Source: Macrostomum lignano (Eukaryota). Taken from it: a stretch of 64,000 nucleotides of DNA. The stretch is taken from positions 1,632 to 65,631 of the forward strand of contig NIVC01003302.1 of assembly GCA_002269645.1 (NCBI GenBank), given 5' to 3'. Under the pieces are notes generated by a model. That model searched no databases. It worked only from the letters and a program-made list of their open reading frames with translations, and had not been told where the DNA came from. Below are positions 20,954 through 33,300 of the stretch, in pieces. A program made the position numbers and the translations under genes. Every line of letters begins with the position of its first letter. Position 1 is the stretch's first letter.

Positions 20954-23944
20954 TCAGACGCGCAGAAGATAGCCGGACTTCTTTCTGAAATGCGGGGGGC
21001 AAATGAGGATGAAGGAGTTTTTGTCGCTGCCTGCAGGCGTTGAGGGCGGCTGTCAACAACTCACCGCATTAGCAGCGACTTCTGAGGAGTTGCTGACTGC
21101 TGCTGCTGCTGCTGCTGCTGTCTGCCGCGGTGCTGCGCGGGCTCTTGGGCGGAGCGCTGCGGGGAGGCCGGCTGGCTGAGGGCCGGCAGGCTGGCACTGC
21201 GGGGCAGCCGCTCCCGGCGGGCCGCCGCCTGCTGCTGGTGGGAGAAGCTGGCGCCGTGCCTCACCTGCATGGCGGATGTCATGGCGGAAAGCTCTGACTT
21301 CAGTGCCCTTAGTACTGACTTCAGTGCCCTTAGTACTGACTTCAGTGTTCTTAGTACAGATTCCAGTGCCCTTAGTACTGACTTCAGTGTCCTTAGTACT
21401 GATTTCAGTGCCCTTAGTACTGACTTCAGTGTCCTTAGTACTGATTTCAGTGCCCTTAGTACTGACTTCAGTGTCCTTAGTACTGATTTCAGTGCCCTTA
21501 GTACTGACTTCAGTGACCTTAGTACTGATTTCAGTGCCCTTAGTGCCCTTAGTACTGACTTCAGTGTCCTTAGTACTGACTTCAGTGCCATTAGTACTGA
21601 CTTCAGTGCCCTTAGTACTGACTTCAGTGCCCTTAGTACTGACTTCAGTGTCCTTAGTACTGATTTCAGTGCCCTTAGTACTGACTTCAGTGACCTTAGT
21701 ACTGATTTCAGTGCCCTTAGTGCCCTTAGTACTGACTTCAGTGTCCTTAGTACTGATTTCAGTGCCCTTAGTACTGACTTCAGTGCCCTTAGTACTGACT
21801 TCAGTGCCCTTAGTACTGACTTCAGTGCCCTTAGTACTGACTTCAGTGCCCTTAGTACTGACTTCAGTGTTCTTAGTACAGATTCCAGTGCCCTTAGTAC
21901 AGATTCCAGTGCCCTTAGTACAGATTCCAGTGCCCTTAGTACTGACTTCAGTGCCCTTAGTACAGATTCCAGTGCCCTTAGTACTGACTTCAGTGCCCTT
22001 AGTACTGACTTCAGTGTCCTTAGTACTGACTTAGTACTGACTGACTAGTGTTCTTAGTACAGATTCCAGTGCCCTTACTAATTGTTCATAGGCCCAGAAT
22101 GCCATTGATATCATGGGGGTTTCGCTCTGTTTTTATCCAATTACGGTTTCAATTGATTTGCATCAGTTTCTGCTCCTCATACATGCAATGTCATTAAAAT
22201 TTCTTTATCAGACCCAGGACACCCTGTCTGGTGCAGTCAAGCCGCCTGCTCATTGCTATCAGCCCCAGGACCGGCCACCAGAGCAGAGCTCAGTGTAGCC
22301 GCTTTGAGCTTATCAATCATGAGCAGTGAAGCTCATTCACAGATCGTAAAACACGATTCTTATTCTGGTAGCTGTGAGCCCATTCAAACTGGCCAGGCTG
22401 GTTCTTTTTGACAGATTTTAGTCCTAAAACGTGCTGACGCCCCCCCCCCTGCTCTGAAACTTTACTCACCAGCTTAGAGAATTTCTCCAGCTCGCTGCGC
22501 ATCTCCTCAAACGGCTGGCTGCTGGGGAAGACTGTCAGGCCCTGGAGTACGGGAGGAGGGGAGGGGGGCGAAATGACAGAGCGTGCGTGCGCCAAGCAGA
22601 ACTTGAAATCTTGCAAATTGAAGCTCAGACGGCACCTTCCACGGCAGCGGCTCGAAGCTGTGCGGATTCTTGCCGATGGCCATGCCGATCTTCACCTGCT
22701 TCAGCTTGTGCCAGTGCCGCTGGTAGGCCGCCTTGTACTCCATGATGAGTTCCGTTAGAGTCTGCTGGGGTTTGCAGGGGACTGCTGGGTTGCCTGCATT
22801 ACTACTGCAGTATCGCTTGCATTAGAAATGTTCGAGTACACCAACCAAAGTTACCTTAAAGGTCAGTGGTTTGTACATCAGATCGTCTCGCCGGCTGATC
22901 CCAAGAGCTCCGAACATCCCCTTGCTGTACAGGCCCAGCACGACGTGCCGGTGCACGTGACCGTTGAAGGCCGACTTGAATCCGATTGCGAAGCGGGTGA
23001 GGTCCTCGATCTTGTTGGTCAGGTAGCTGGGGGTTGGAATCAGGTTGTCGCGAGGGTCTCGCAATTCGAAGAAACTCGTAGAATTCAGAGATTGCTATTG
23101 CGATAACACTGAAGCAATTAGATGTAAACCGGATCAGCACTTACATTCCGAGGACAACGGCCTCCAGGCATTTTATTGGCAGAGATTCTTTTATCATCTG
23201 TTTGGCATCTTCCATGAGACTGCAATATGAGATGAAGGCTCGGCTTTTGATGATTTTCGTAACAGCAATTCTTTAATAATGTTTTTCTGATCTTACCCAG
23301 TAAAAGAGCGGTACTTTTTTATTTCGAAAAATTGCGTGCCAGTATGATTGTATCTAAAATGATTGCGAACGATAGATAGGGAGGATAAAAAATTATTGAC
23401 TCTTCAGGGACCTTTTTGTTTGAAACTCTGCTCAAAATAGTTTTAAGGCAAAGATCTTGTTCCAGTGTATGCAGCAAAAGGCCAAATATACCATTCACTT
23501 ACTGCAGCTCAGCAAAGTATTTTTGAACGGCCAGTATTTTTGACGATGTCGTCGAACCAATCGGAAATGTGAGTGGTGGCACTGGGATTTTTGGCTGAAA
23601 AATAGGGAAAAGATTCGTGTATGTGATTTAACTCAAAATTTGTCAGAAAGCGATGAGAATAGCCTTTGGCTATTTACAGAGGAAAACAGATAACAGGAGT
23701 TTTCAAGAGTCTTTTATTTTAAGAACCGTAGAGTGGATAGCATATGCATGCATTTCAAATATATTCATTAGTATACCTCAGCCAAATCGTTTGCTGGAGT
23801 CGCTCTTATACTTCGAATCTTTTCTTTAGCTTTGGGTTGCTGATACTCAGCAAATTTCCACATATTGCTCCAGGTGCCATCATGAATTGGAAATCCGTTT
23901 TTGTTTGTTAGAAACAACGTTGTTTCATCAAAATCGGCATTCAT
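20954..23944 (-). CDS. VASH: Vasohibin (tubulinyl-Tyr carboxypeptidase), ~330 aa
   Basis: Exons 23944-23777, 23594-23503, 23353-23297, 23219-23145, 23026-22855, 22761-22636, 22541-22470, 21264-21065, 20984-20954 sum to 993 nt in frame. Motifs PKIP, LQYNHTGTQFFEIKK, LPIKCLEAVVLGIYLT, RHVVLG, GALGISRRDDLMYKP and C-terminal GYLLRV*. The catalytic Cys/His/Ser positions are present. Confidence 0.93.
21290..22075. repeat. 21-bp minisatellite (CAGTGCCCTTAGTACTGACTT) in vasohibin intron 7
   Basis: Direct inspection. Confidence 0.95.
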
Positions 23945-24300
23945 ATCGTCATTTGGATCGTCTAAATCACGCTTTACGACCTCATGAAATTTTCACTAAA
24001 AATAGATGGTAGTTTCACAAACTGAATTTACCAGAGACGCACACAATAAAATTTAGAAATAAAAGCTTTTAAGTTAAGAAAGTTTAAACATAAAATTTTA
24101 GTATTATTTTTAAATTTAAAATGCTGGATACCACAAATAACTAACTATTGTAGTGAATTTGTTTTACTGCTTTTTATTAACATCCACAATTATATTTGAA
24201 TGAAAAAGTTCAGTCGATTTTAATCTTCCTGAATCCATTATCTAAACTGCATCTCGGATATTTGGTTCAGTTCGGCATACTTAGTTTGTCATCTTTAAGT
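23945..24300. promoter_or_regulatory. Probable bidirectional promoter / 5' UTR region shared by vasohibin and alpha-actinin
   Basis: The two divergent start codons are 356 bp apart (23944 and 24301). A minus-strand donor-like site near 24031 suggests a non-coding vasohibin first exon. Confidence 0.65.
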
Positions 24301-27300
24301 ATGGCTAATTCAGGGCAGTATTATAACAGCAACAATGGCTCAGCGTACAATAATGGTCCTGGGTACTATGATGGCGAAGAAGAAGAAGAGGAAGAATGGA
24401 ACAGGGAAGACTTTCTGGACCCTGCGTGGGAGATCCAACAGAAAAAGGTACTTTTCGCTTTTAAATGTTTATTCAATGCAACATGGTCATGAGCTCTTGA
24501 ACTAATCGCAGGTGTATAGTTTTTATTGTCTAATTGCTGCTAAAAACTGTTATTTTAAATTTCAAAAAATTCAATTTAGATATTTTAAGCCTTACTATAA
24601 AAATCTGACTTAAAAATCTAGGCCAGCCGCCAGCGCAGCTTTCAGTGCTACAATTTTCCTACTAAATTTGAAAGAAGGTTGTTTCTTTTGTGATAAAAAA
24701 TCAAGACTATTGATATCACTAGTCTATAATTAATTATCAAATTAGACTTGGTAGTTTATTGGCCTTTGGCTTTTGTTGCATATTATCCTTTGACTACAGA
24801 AATGACCAACTTAGTCATATGATTTAAATTTTTGTGCTTAGGGTAATAAACTCTAATATATAGAAAACTAACTTAGTAGTTAAAGCTAAAATATTTTCTA
24901 TTTATTTAGATTTGTAATTTGCACTATCCCATCTTCATCTTTTCTCATTGTTAATGTATTTATATATAGTAAGTATGTTTTTATCACTTATCTTAAATCT
25001 TAATGTAACAATGATATGCATATGTACTAAACATTTAATATTCCATTATGCTAGTGAATGTACAACTTTGCTTTAAACTCAAGGATGAAATTATTATAAA
25101 AATAAAATAGCAATAAAGATTTTTAAAGATGATGATCCTTTTTATAATAATAAATAATTTTATTTTGCTCTTAAAAATTTAATACTAAGCTATGTATCTT
25201 ATTCAATCTTTAATTAATCTATGATTGAAAAATATTTTTGAATTTTTTCATATAGCTCATATTCCTTTTGTTTAGTTACTTCTTGTATAAGATTAATGAT
25301 AGTCTTGTATATAATCTGATTTTAAAATGTATCAATATTTAATCTTCAATATCTATATATATTTAACCATCCAATATAGCTTGTAATTTCAATATCAAAG
25401 ATTTTGTCTTCCATTACAAACCTTCCATTAATGTTGAACAAACTGTTTTGCACATGCACAGACATTCACAGCCTGGATCAATTCCTTCCTGCGCAAAGCT
25501 GACACATCCATCGAGGACATCACCCAGGACCTGTGCTCCGGCTTGAAGCTCATGCTGCTGCTGGAGGTGATTTCGAGCGAGGCTTTGCCCAAGCCAGAGC
25601 GGGGCCGGATGCGCTTTCACAAGATTAACAATGTTAACAAGGCGCTGGAGTTCATCGAGCGCAAGGGCGTGCAGCTCGTGTCCATTGGCGCCGAGGGTGA
25701 GTGGCGCTTTGGTGGGGAGGTTTGGAGTTTTTGGCGCCTCTGGATGAGAGTGCCTGGCGCCTCTGGGTGAGAGTGCCTGGCGTCTCTTGATACGAGTATC
25801 TGGCGCCTCTGGATGAGTGTCTGTCGTCTCTGCATACGAGTATCTGGCGCCTCTAAATGAGTGTCTGGCGCCCCTGGGTACGAGTATCTGGCGCTTGTGG
25901 GTGAGTGTCTGGCGCCTCTTGATGAAAGTATCTCGCGCCTCTGGGTGAGTGTGTCTGGCGCCTCTGTAAAAGAGAGTCTGGTGCCTCTTGATACGAGTAT
26001 TTGGTGCCTCTAGATACGAGTGTCGGGTGCCTCTGGGTGAGCGTCTGGCGCCTCTTGATGAAAGTATCTCGCGCCTCTGGGTGAGTGTCTGGCGCCTCTT
26101 GATGAAAGTATCTCGCGCCTCTGGGTGAGTGTGTCTGGCGCCTCTGTAAAAGAGAGTCTGGTGCCTCTAGATACGAGTATTTGGCGCCTCTAGATACAAG
26201 TGTCTGGCGCCTCTAGATACGTGTCTGGCGCCTCTGGGTGGGTGTCTGGCGCTTCTGTAAAAGAGAGTCTGGTGCCTCTAGATACGAGTATTTGGCGCCT
26301 CTAGATACGAGTGTCTGGCGCTTCTGTAAAAGAGAGTCTGGTGCCTCTAGATACGAGTATTTGGCGCCTCTAGATACGAGTGTCTGGCGCTTCTGTAAAA
26401 GAGATTCTGGTGCCTCTAGATACGAGTGTCTGGCGCCTCTAGATACGAGTGCCTGGCGCCTCTAGATACGAGTGTCTGGCGCCTCTGGATACGAGTATTT
26501 GGCGCCTCTAGATACGAGTGTCTGGCGCCTCTAGATACGAGTGTCTGGCGCCGTGGAGAATCTGGTCCCTCTAGAAGGCTCGCGGTCATTTATCTCGTGG
26601 CTTAAAACTGGAATTTCAGAAATCGTTGACGGCAACGTGAAGATGACGCTGGGCATGATCTGGACGATCATCCTCCGCTTCGCCATCCAGGACATCACCG
26701 TTGAAGGTAAGTCAGAATTTTACTGGTTGTCAATATTAGTGCAGTTGTACTTTAAACCACGCCGCCAAACGCAGAGATGACCGCCAAGGAGGGCCTCCTG
26801 CTGTGGTGCCAGCGCAAGACCGCTCCCTACAAGAACGTGAACGTGCAGAACTTTCACATGAGGTGAGCTGGCTGGGCAAGGGGCGCTCTGTGCTAAATTG
26901 GGATTAGGGGATCTGGGAGAGCTCAGCATCAATTTCGGAATCCCAACGCGCTCCGTCCACCTGTTGCGCAACTCGATCGCAGCTGGAAGGACGGCCTGGC
27001 CTTCTGCGCGCTCATCCACCGGCACAGGCCGGAGCTGCTCGACTATTCGAAGCTCTCAAGGGTCAGTCAGTGCGCTCGCCTGCAGGGCATGCCGACTGAC
27101 CTCTGCTGTTCAATGCATTGTCGCTTGCCTTCTCACCGCATGAGCTGCTTGCTGACGTTGCTGTTCTGTCACCTGACTGATTCTGCTGCAATCCTGCTGG
27201 GTGGGGTGGTGCAGTGTCTAGACAGGGATTACAGTGTCTGTAGATTGGGATTACAGTGTCTGTAGATAGAGACTGCAGTGTGTGTAGATAGGGATTACAG

Positions 27301-30300
27301 TGTCTGTAGATAAGGATTAATTAAAGTGCCTGTAGATAGGTATTGCACTGTCTGTAGATATGGATTACACTGTCTGTAGATAAGGGTTACAGTGTCTGTA
27401 GACAGGGATTACAGTGTCTGTAGACAGGGATTACAGTGTCTGTAGATAGGGATTACAGTGTCTGTAGATAGAGATTACAGTGTCTGTAGATAGGGATTAC
27501 AGTGTCTGTAGATAGAGACTGCAGTGTGTGTAGATAGGGATTACAGTGTCTGTAGATAAGGATTAATTAAAGTGCCTGTAGATAGGTATTGCACTGTCTG
27601 TAGATATGGATTACACTGTCTGTAGATAAAGATTACAGTGTCTGTAGTTAGGGATTACAGTGTCTGTAGGTAGGGATTACAGTGTCTGTAGGTAGGGATT
27701 ACAGTGTCTGTAGATAGGGATTACAGTGTCTGTAGATAGAGATTACAGTGTCTGTAGATAGAGATTACAGTGTCTGCAGATAGAGATTACAGTGTCTAGA
27801 TAGAGACTGCAGTGTGTGTAGATAGAGACTGCAGTGTGTGTAGATAGGGATTACAGTGTCTGTAGATAGAGACTGCAGTGTGTGTAGATAGAGACTGCAG
27901 TGTGTGTAGATAGGGATTACAGTGTCTGTAGATAGAGACTGCAGTGTGTGTAGATAGAGACTGCAGTGTGTGTAGATAGGGATTACAGTGTCTGTAGATA
28001 GAGATTACAGTGTCTGTAGATAGAGATTACCGTGTCTGCAGATAGAGATTACAGTGTCTGCAGATAGAGATTACAGTGTCTGTAGATAGAGACTGCAGTG
28101 TCTGTAGATAGAGACTGCAGTGTGTGTAGATAGGGATTACAGTGTCTGTAGATAAGGATTAATTAAAGTGCCTGTAGATAGGTATTGCACTGTCTGTAGA
28201 TATGGATTACACTGTCTGTAGATAAGGATTACAGTGTCTGTAGACAGGGATTACAGTGTCTGTAGATAGGGATTGCAGCAGATTTCGGGCATTCCTGTTG
28301 TTCAGCTACTCACATTTGCCTCCCAGCACCGCATGCCGTTCCGAACCCCCTGCAGCTGCCGGGACCCCCTTTTCTACTCTTGCAGCTTTCAGGACGGCCT
28401 GGCATTCTGTGCGCTGATCCACAGGCACAGGCCGGAGCTCATCGACTATGACAAGCTGAGCAAAGTGAGTTGCCTGCCTGCCACCTCCCTGCCTGTACTC
28501 ATGCCTGCTGTCTGGTGTTTCTACTAACCACTTTTATAGCAGCCATAAAATTCTCAAGCGGGCTGCCTTGAATGAGTGCAAAGCAGTTTTATTGCTTTAT
28601 ATTAGCCAGCCTCAAATGCTCGCCGACGCTGTAAAAACTGCAGGACAACCCGCTGGAAAACCTGAACCTCGCTTTCGATGTGGCCGAGAAGCACCTGGAC
28701 ATTCCCAGGATGTTAGATCCCGAAGGTGAGCGCTGGGATCTGAGTGCAGCCCATAATGTCCTCTCATCTATACATAGGATTTCTATGCTTCCAATCTTGT
28801 CTGTACAGTGGCATCACACCTGTACACTGGCATCACACCTGTACACTGGCATCACACCTGTACACTGGCATCACACCTGTACACTGGCATCACACCTGTA
28901 CACAGGCATCACACCTGTACACTGGCATCACACCTGTACACTGGCATCACACCTGTACACTGGCATCACACCTGTACACTGGCATCACACCTGTACACTG
29001 GCATCACACCTGTACACAGGCATCACACCTGTACACTGGCATCACACCTGTACACTGGCATCACGCCCCGCAGACATGGTGAACAACGTGAAGCCGGACG
29101 AGCGGTCCGTGATGACCTACGTGTCCGCCTACTACCACGCCTTCTCGGGCGCCCAGAAGGCGGAGACCGCCGCCAACCGGATCTGCAAGGTGCTCCGCGT
29201 CAACCAGGAGAACGAGAAGCTCATGGACCTCTACGAGCGCCTGGCCAGCGACCTGCTAGCCTGGATCAAGCGGACCCGCCCGATCCTGGAGGACCGCAGC
29301 ACCGACAACACCCTGGACGGCGTTCGCGACCGCCTCAACCAGTTTCGAGACTATCGCCGGGCTGAGAAGCCGCCCAAGCTGGAGGAGAAGGCCCTGCTGG
29401 AGACCACCTTCAACACCTTGCAGACTCGACTGCGCCTCAGCAACCGGCCCGCCTACCTGCCCACCGAGGGCAAGCTGGTCTCCGACATCGCCAACGCCTG
29501 GAAGGGGCTGGAGAAGGCCGAGAAAGGATTCGAGGAGTGGATGCTGGCGGAGATGCAGCGGCTGCACAGGTGAGATTGGGGTGGCGGGTGTTGCACAGGT
29601 GAGATTGGGGTGGTGGGTGTTGCACAGGTGAGATTGAGGTGGTGGGTGTTGCACAGGTGAGATTGGGGTGGCGGGTGTTGCACAGATGAGATTGGGGTGG
29701 CGGGTGTTGCACAGGTGATATTGGGTGGTGGTTGTTGCACAGGTGAGATTGGGTGGCGGGTGTTGCACAGGTGAGATTGGGGTGGCGGGTGTTGCACAGG
29801 TGAGAATGGGTGGCGGGTGTTGCACAGGTGAGATTGAGGTGGTGGTGTTGCACAGGTGAGATTGAGGTGGTGGGTGTTGCACAGGTGAGATTGAGGTGGT
29901 GGTGTTGCACAGGTGAGATTGAGGTGGTGGGTGTTGCACAGGTGAGATTGAGGTGGTGGGTGTTGCACAGGTGATATTGGGGTGGTGGTTGTTGCACAGG
30001 TGAGAATGGGGTGGCGGGTGTTGCACAGGTGAGATTGGGGTGGTGGGTGTTGCACAGGTGAGAATGGGTGGCGGGTGTTGCACAGGTGAGATTGGGGTGG
30101 TGGGTGTTGCACAGGTGATATTGGGGTGGTGGGTGTTGCACAGGTGATATTGGGGTGGTGGGTGTTGCACAGGTGATATTGGGGTGGTGGGTGTTGCACA
30201 GGTGAGAATGGGATGGTGGGTGTTGCACAGGTGAGAATGGGGTGGCGGGTGTTGCACAGGTGAGATTGGGGCGGTGGCTGTTGCACAGTTGAGAATATCC

Positions 30301-33300
30301 TCAATGCAGTAAGCATAGCTCCTGACTCACCCGTTCGCAGGCTGGAGAATCTGTACAAGAAGTTCGTGCTGAAGTGCGGCAACCACGAGGCCTGGATGGA
30401 GGGCAAGGAGGCGCAGCAGCAGTCGCAGGACTTTAAATCGTGCAAGCTGAACGACCTCAAAGCCATGATGAACAAGCAGGTGGCTTTCGAGGCCGACCTC
30501 GGCGCTCACCAGGAGCGGGTGGAGCAGATCTGCAAGATTGCCGAGGACCTGAACAGCCTGGGCTACCATGACCTGGACTCCGTGAACTCTCGCTGCCAGG
30601 CCATCTGCGGAGCCTGGGACCGCCTGGGAGTCCTCAGCACCACCAGGTGAGGCCAGCTGGATTCATTCAGGAGGGCAACGGAGGTCAGGAGGGCAACGGA
30701 GGTCAGGAGGGCAGCGGAGGTCAGGGGGCAGCGGAGGTCAGGGGGCAGCGGAGGTCAGGAGGGCAGCGGAGGTCAGGGGGCAGCGGAGGTCAGGAGGGCA
30801 GCGGAGGTCAGGAGGGTAGCGGAGGTCAGGAGGGTAGCGGAGGTCAGGAGGGCAGCGGAGGTCAAGAGGGCAGCGGAGTTCAGGAGGGTAGCGGAGGTCA
30901 GGAGGGTAGCGGAGGTCAGGAGGGTAGCGGAGGTCAGGAGGGCAGCGGAGGACCTGAAGTCGAGCCCGGTCCGCTGTCGCAGGTCGCGGGCCCTGCGCGA
31001 GGCGGAGCAGGTGCTGGAGTCGCTGGACCAGCTGCACCTGCAGTTCGCCAAGCGGGCGGCCCCGTTCAACAACTGGCTGGACGGAGCGAACGAGGACCTG
31101 ATGGACTTCTTCATCGTGTACTCGGTGCAGGAGGTGGACTCGCTGCAGGCCGCCCACTCGGAGTTCCGGGCCAGCCTGCCGGCTGCCGAGGCCGAGCACC
31201 GCGCCATCGCCCATATCGACGCCGAGGTGCGCGAGCTGGCCGCCGCCCACGGCCTTTCCGGCGACGCGCTGATCAACCCGTACACCGGACTGACTGCCAG
31301 GGTGAGCCGCGGGGCCGGGTGGGTCATGCTGGGTTGGGTCATGCAGGATCAATGGGTCATGCTAGGTTGGGTCATGCAGGATCAATGGGTCATGCTGGGT
31401 TGGGTCATGCAGGATCAATGGGTCATGCTAGGTTGGGTCATACAGGATCAATGGGTCATGCTAGTTGGGTCATTCAGTATCAAAGGGTCATGCTATTCGA
31501 AAAAGATTGGGTCATGCATATTTAATGGGTCATGCAAGTCACGACATTACGGAAGCAGAAGTGATTCATGCGAGCTCCTATGAGTCATGTAATGCGAATT
31601 TTCACAAACCGGATAATTGAATTGCTTGTTTAGCTTAGCAAGCTGCAGGATTTCTGTATTCGAGTTTTAACAGGCTGGGAACGGCACACGCCTGTGGTTG
31701 AGGACGGCCAGCCTGCGCCCCCCCCCCCGACTCCCGCCTGCTGACATCTTCCAAGCCTCCGCCTGTTGCACCTTTGCGCCCGGCAATCAATCCAGGGAGC
31801 GGATGCCGGATGCGGCCGCTGCACTTTTGCTTGCAGCCTTCGGAGCCTCGAACTGCGGCTTTTGTGTCTGCGCCCCACCCTCCACTCTGCCATTTGGCAA
31901 GCGGGCGTTCAGTTCAGTTCTGTGTCTGTTACGGTGCAGCCCCTTGCTGCCGCTGCAATGCAGAATCCCCAGCCACCCCTGGCCGCATTTTTCCCCTTGC
32001 CATTTGCGAATTGCCCGCTCGGCCAGCCCCCCCCCTCCCCCCAGCCGCTTCAGTGCGAACGGCGGAGGCAGGGCGCGGGAAATCAATCCAGGGGGTGGGG
32101 ATGGGGCCGCCCAGCCTCTACAGCCTGTCTGTGTGGTGCCTCCCCTCCCTCTGGCCGCTGCAGTGACCCCCAGCCAGTTTGAAGATTTCTTTGCGGCCAA
32201 AGCTCGGCATTTCTGCGGCTCGGCTGCGTACAGCGGATGGAGGCGGTTGAGGGGGTTCAGGGAGATCCTGAGCCAGGAGGCTGGACAAGGCAGACGGCAG
32301 GGCTTCAGTTTTTACAGAAGACTGCTGTAGCCTCGCAGTACAGCAGAGTTGGCACTCCAGACTCCTAGTTTCAAGGACTCCTTGGTTCACCTTGAAACCG
32401 GGCGTGACGGAGCCGCCACCGCCCCATCCCGTGAGGGTGTCTCCCGTCCAGGCCTTGTCGTGCCGGACCGCGGCGGGGTCTGGGGGCGCGAATGCAGACT
32501 GGCCTGCTTGAAATTCGATAACCCTGACTGAGAGCCAGCTGGACTGGGCGAGAGAGCAGAGCTGTGGGGGGGAGGGATCGTGGCGCAACGCCAATTACTG
32601 CGCTCTTGTTCTCTCCTGCTCATTTGTTTTAAATTGTAACAGCCTTTCCAGTTTTAACTTTAAAAGTAAGCAAAGAAAGTTTTAGCTTTTACTCCCAATC
32701 ATGCTACTGCCAGTGGCGCAGTGCAGATATTGCTGTTATTTTCATCTATAACATTGTTTTCCCTTAGTTATAAAACTAATTGGTCCCAGTCCCAAAACTA
32801 CTCGTAATCGATCCCAGTCCCAAAACTAATAAATCCCAGTTCCAAAACTAATCGATCCCAGTCCCAAAACTAATAAATCCCAGTCCCAAAACTAATCGAT
32901 CCAAGACCCAAAAATAATCCATCCCAGTCCCAAAACTAATCGATCCAAGTCCCAAAACTAATCGATCCCAGTCCCAAAACTAATAAATCCCAGTCCTAAA
33001 ACTAATCGATCCAGTCCCAACCTAGCACTCTGGACCCAGGCTATCAGCAATTCAGCGATGCCCTCATACGCCGCCCACAGGAGCTGGCGATGAAGTGGGA
33101 CGAAGTCTCCGCTCGGGTGCCCGCCGCGACCAGAGCCTGCAGCAGGAGGTGGCCGGCAGCACCAGAACGAGCGCCTGCGTCGGCAGTTCGCCGACCTGGC
33201 CAACGTGGCCGGGCCCTGGATCGAGCAGCGGCTGGACGGCGTGTCCAGCATCTGCTCCAGCGGCCGGCAGCTCAGCCTGGAGGAGCAGGACCGCCGGCTG

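Noticed and set aside
31600-32640. GC-rich unique block in an actinin intron with several ORFs
   Set aside because: There is no recognisable domain, codon bias or consistent splice phase. It may be regulatory, but that cannot be supported from sequence alone.
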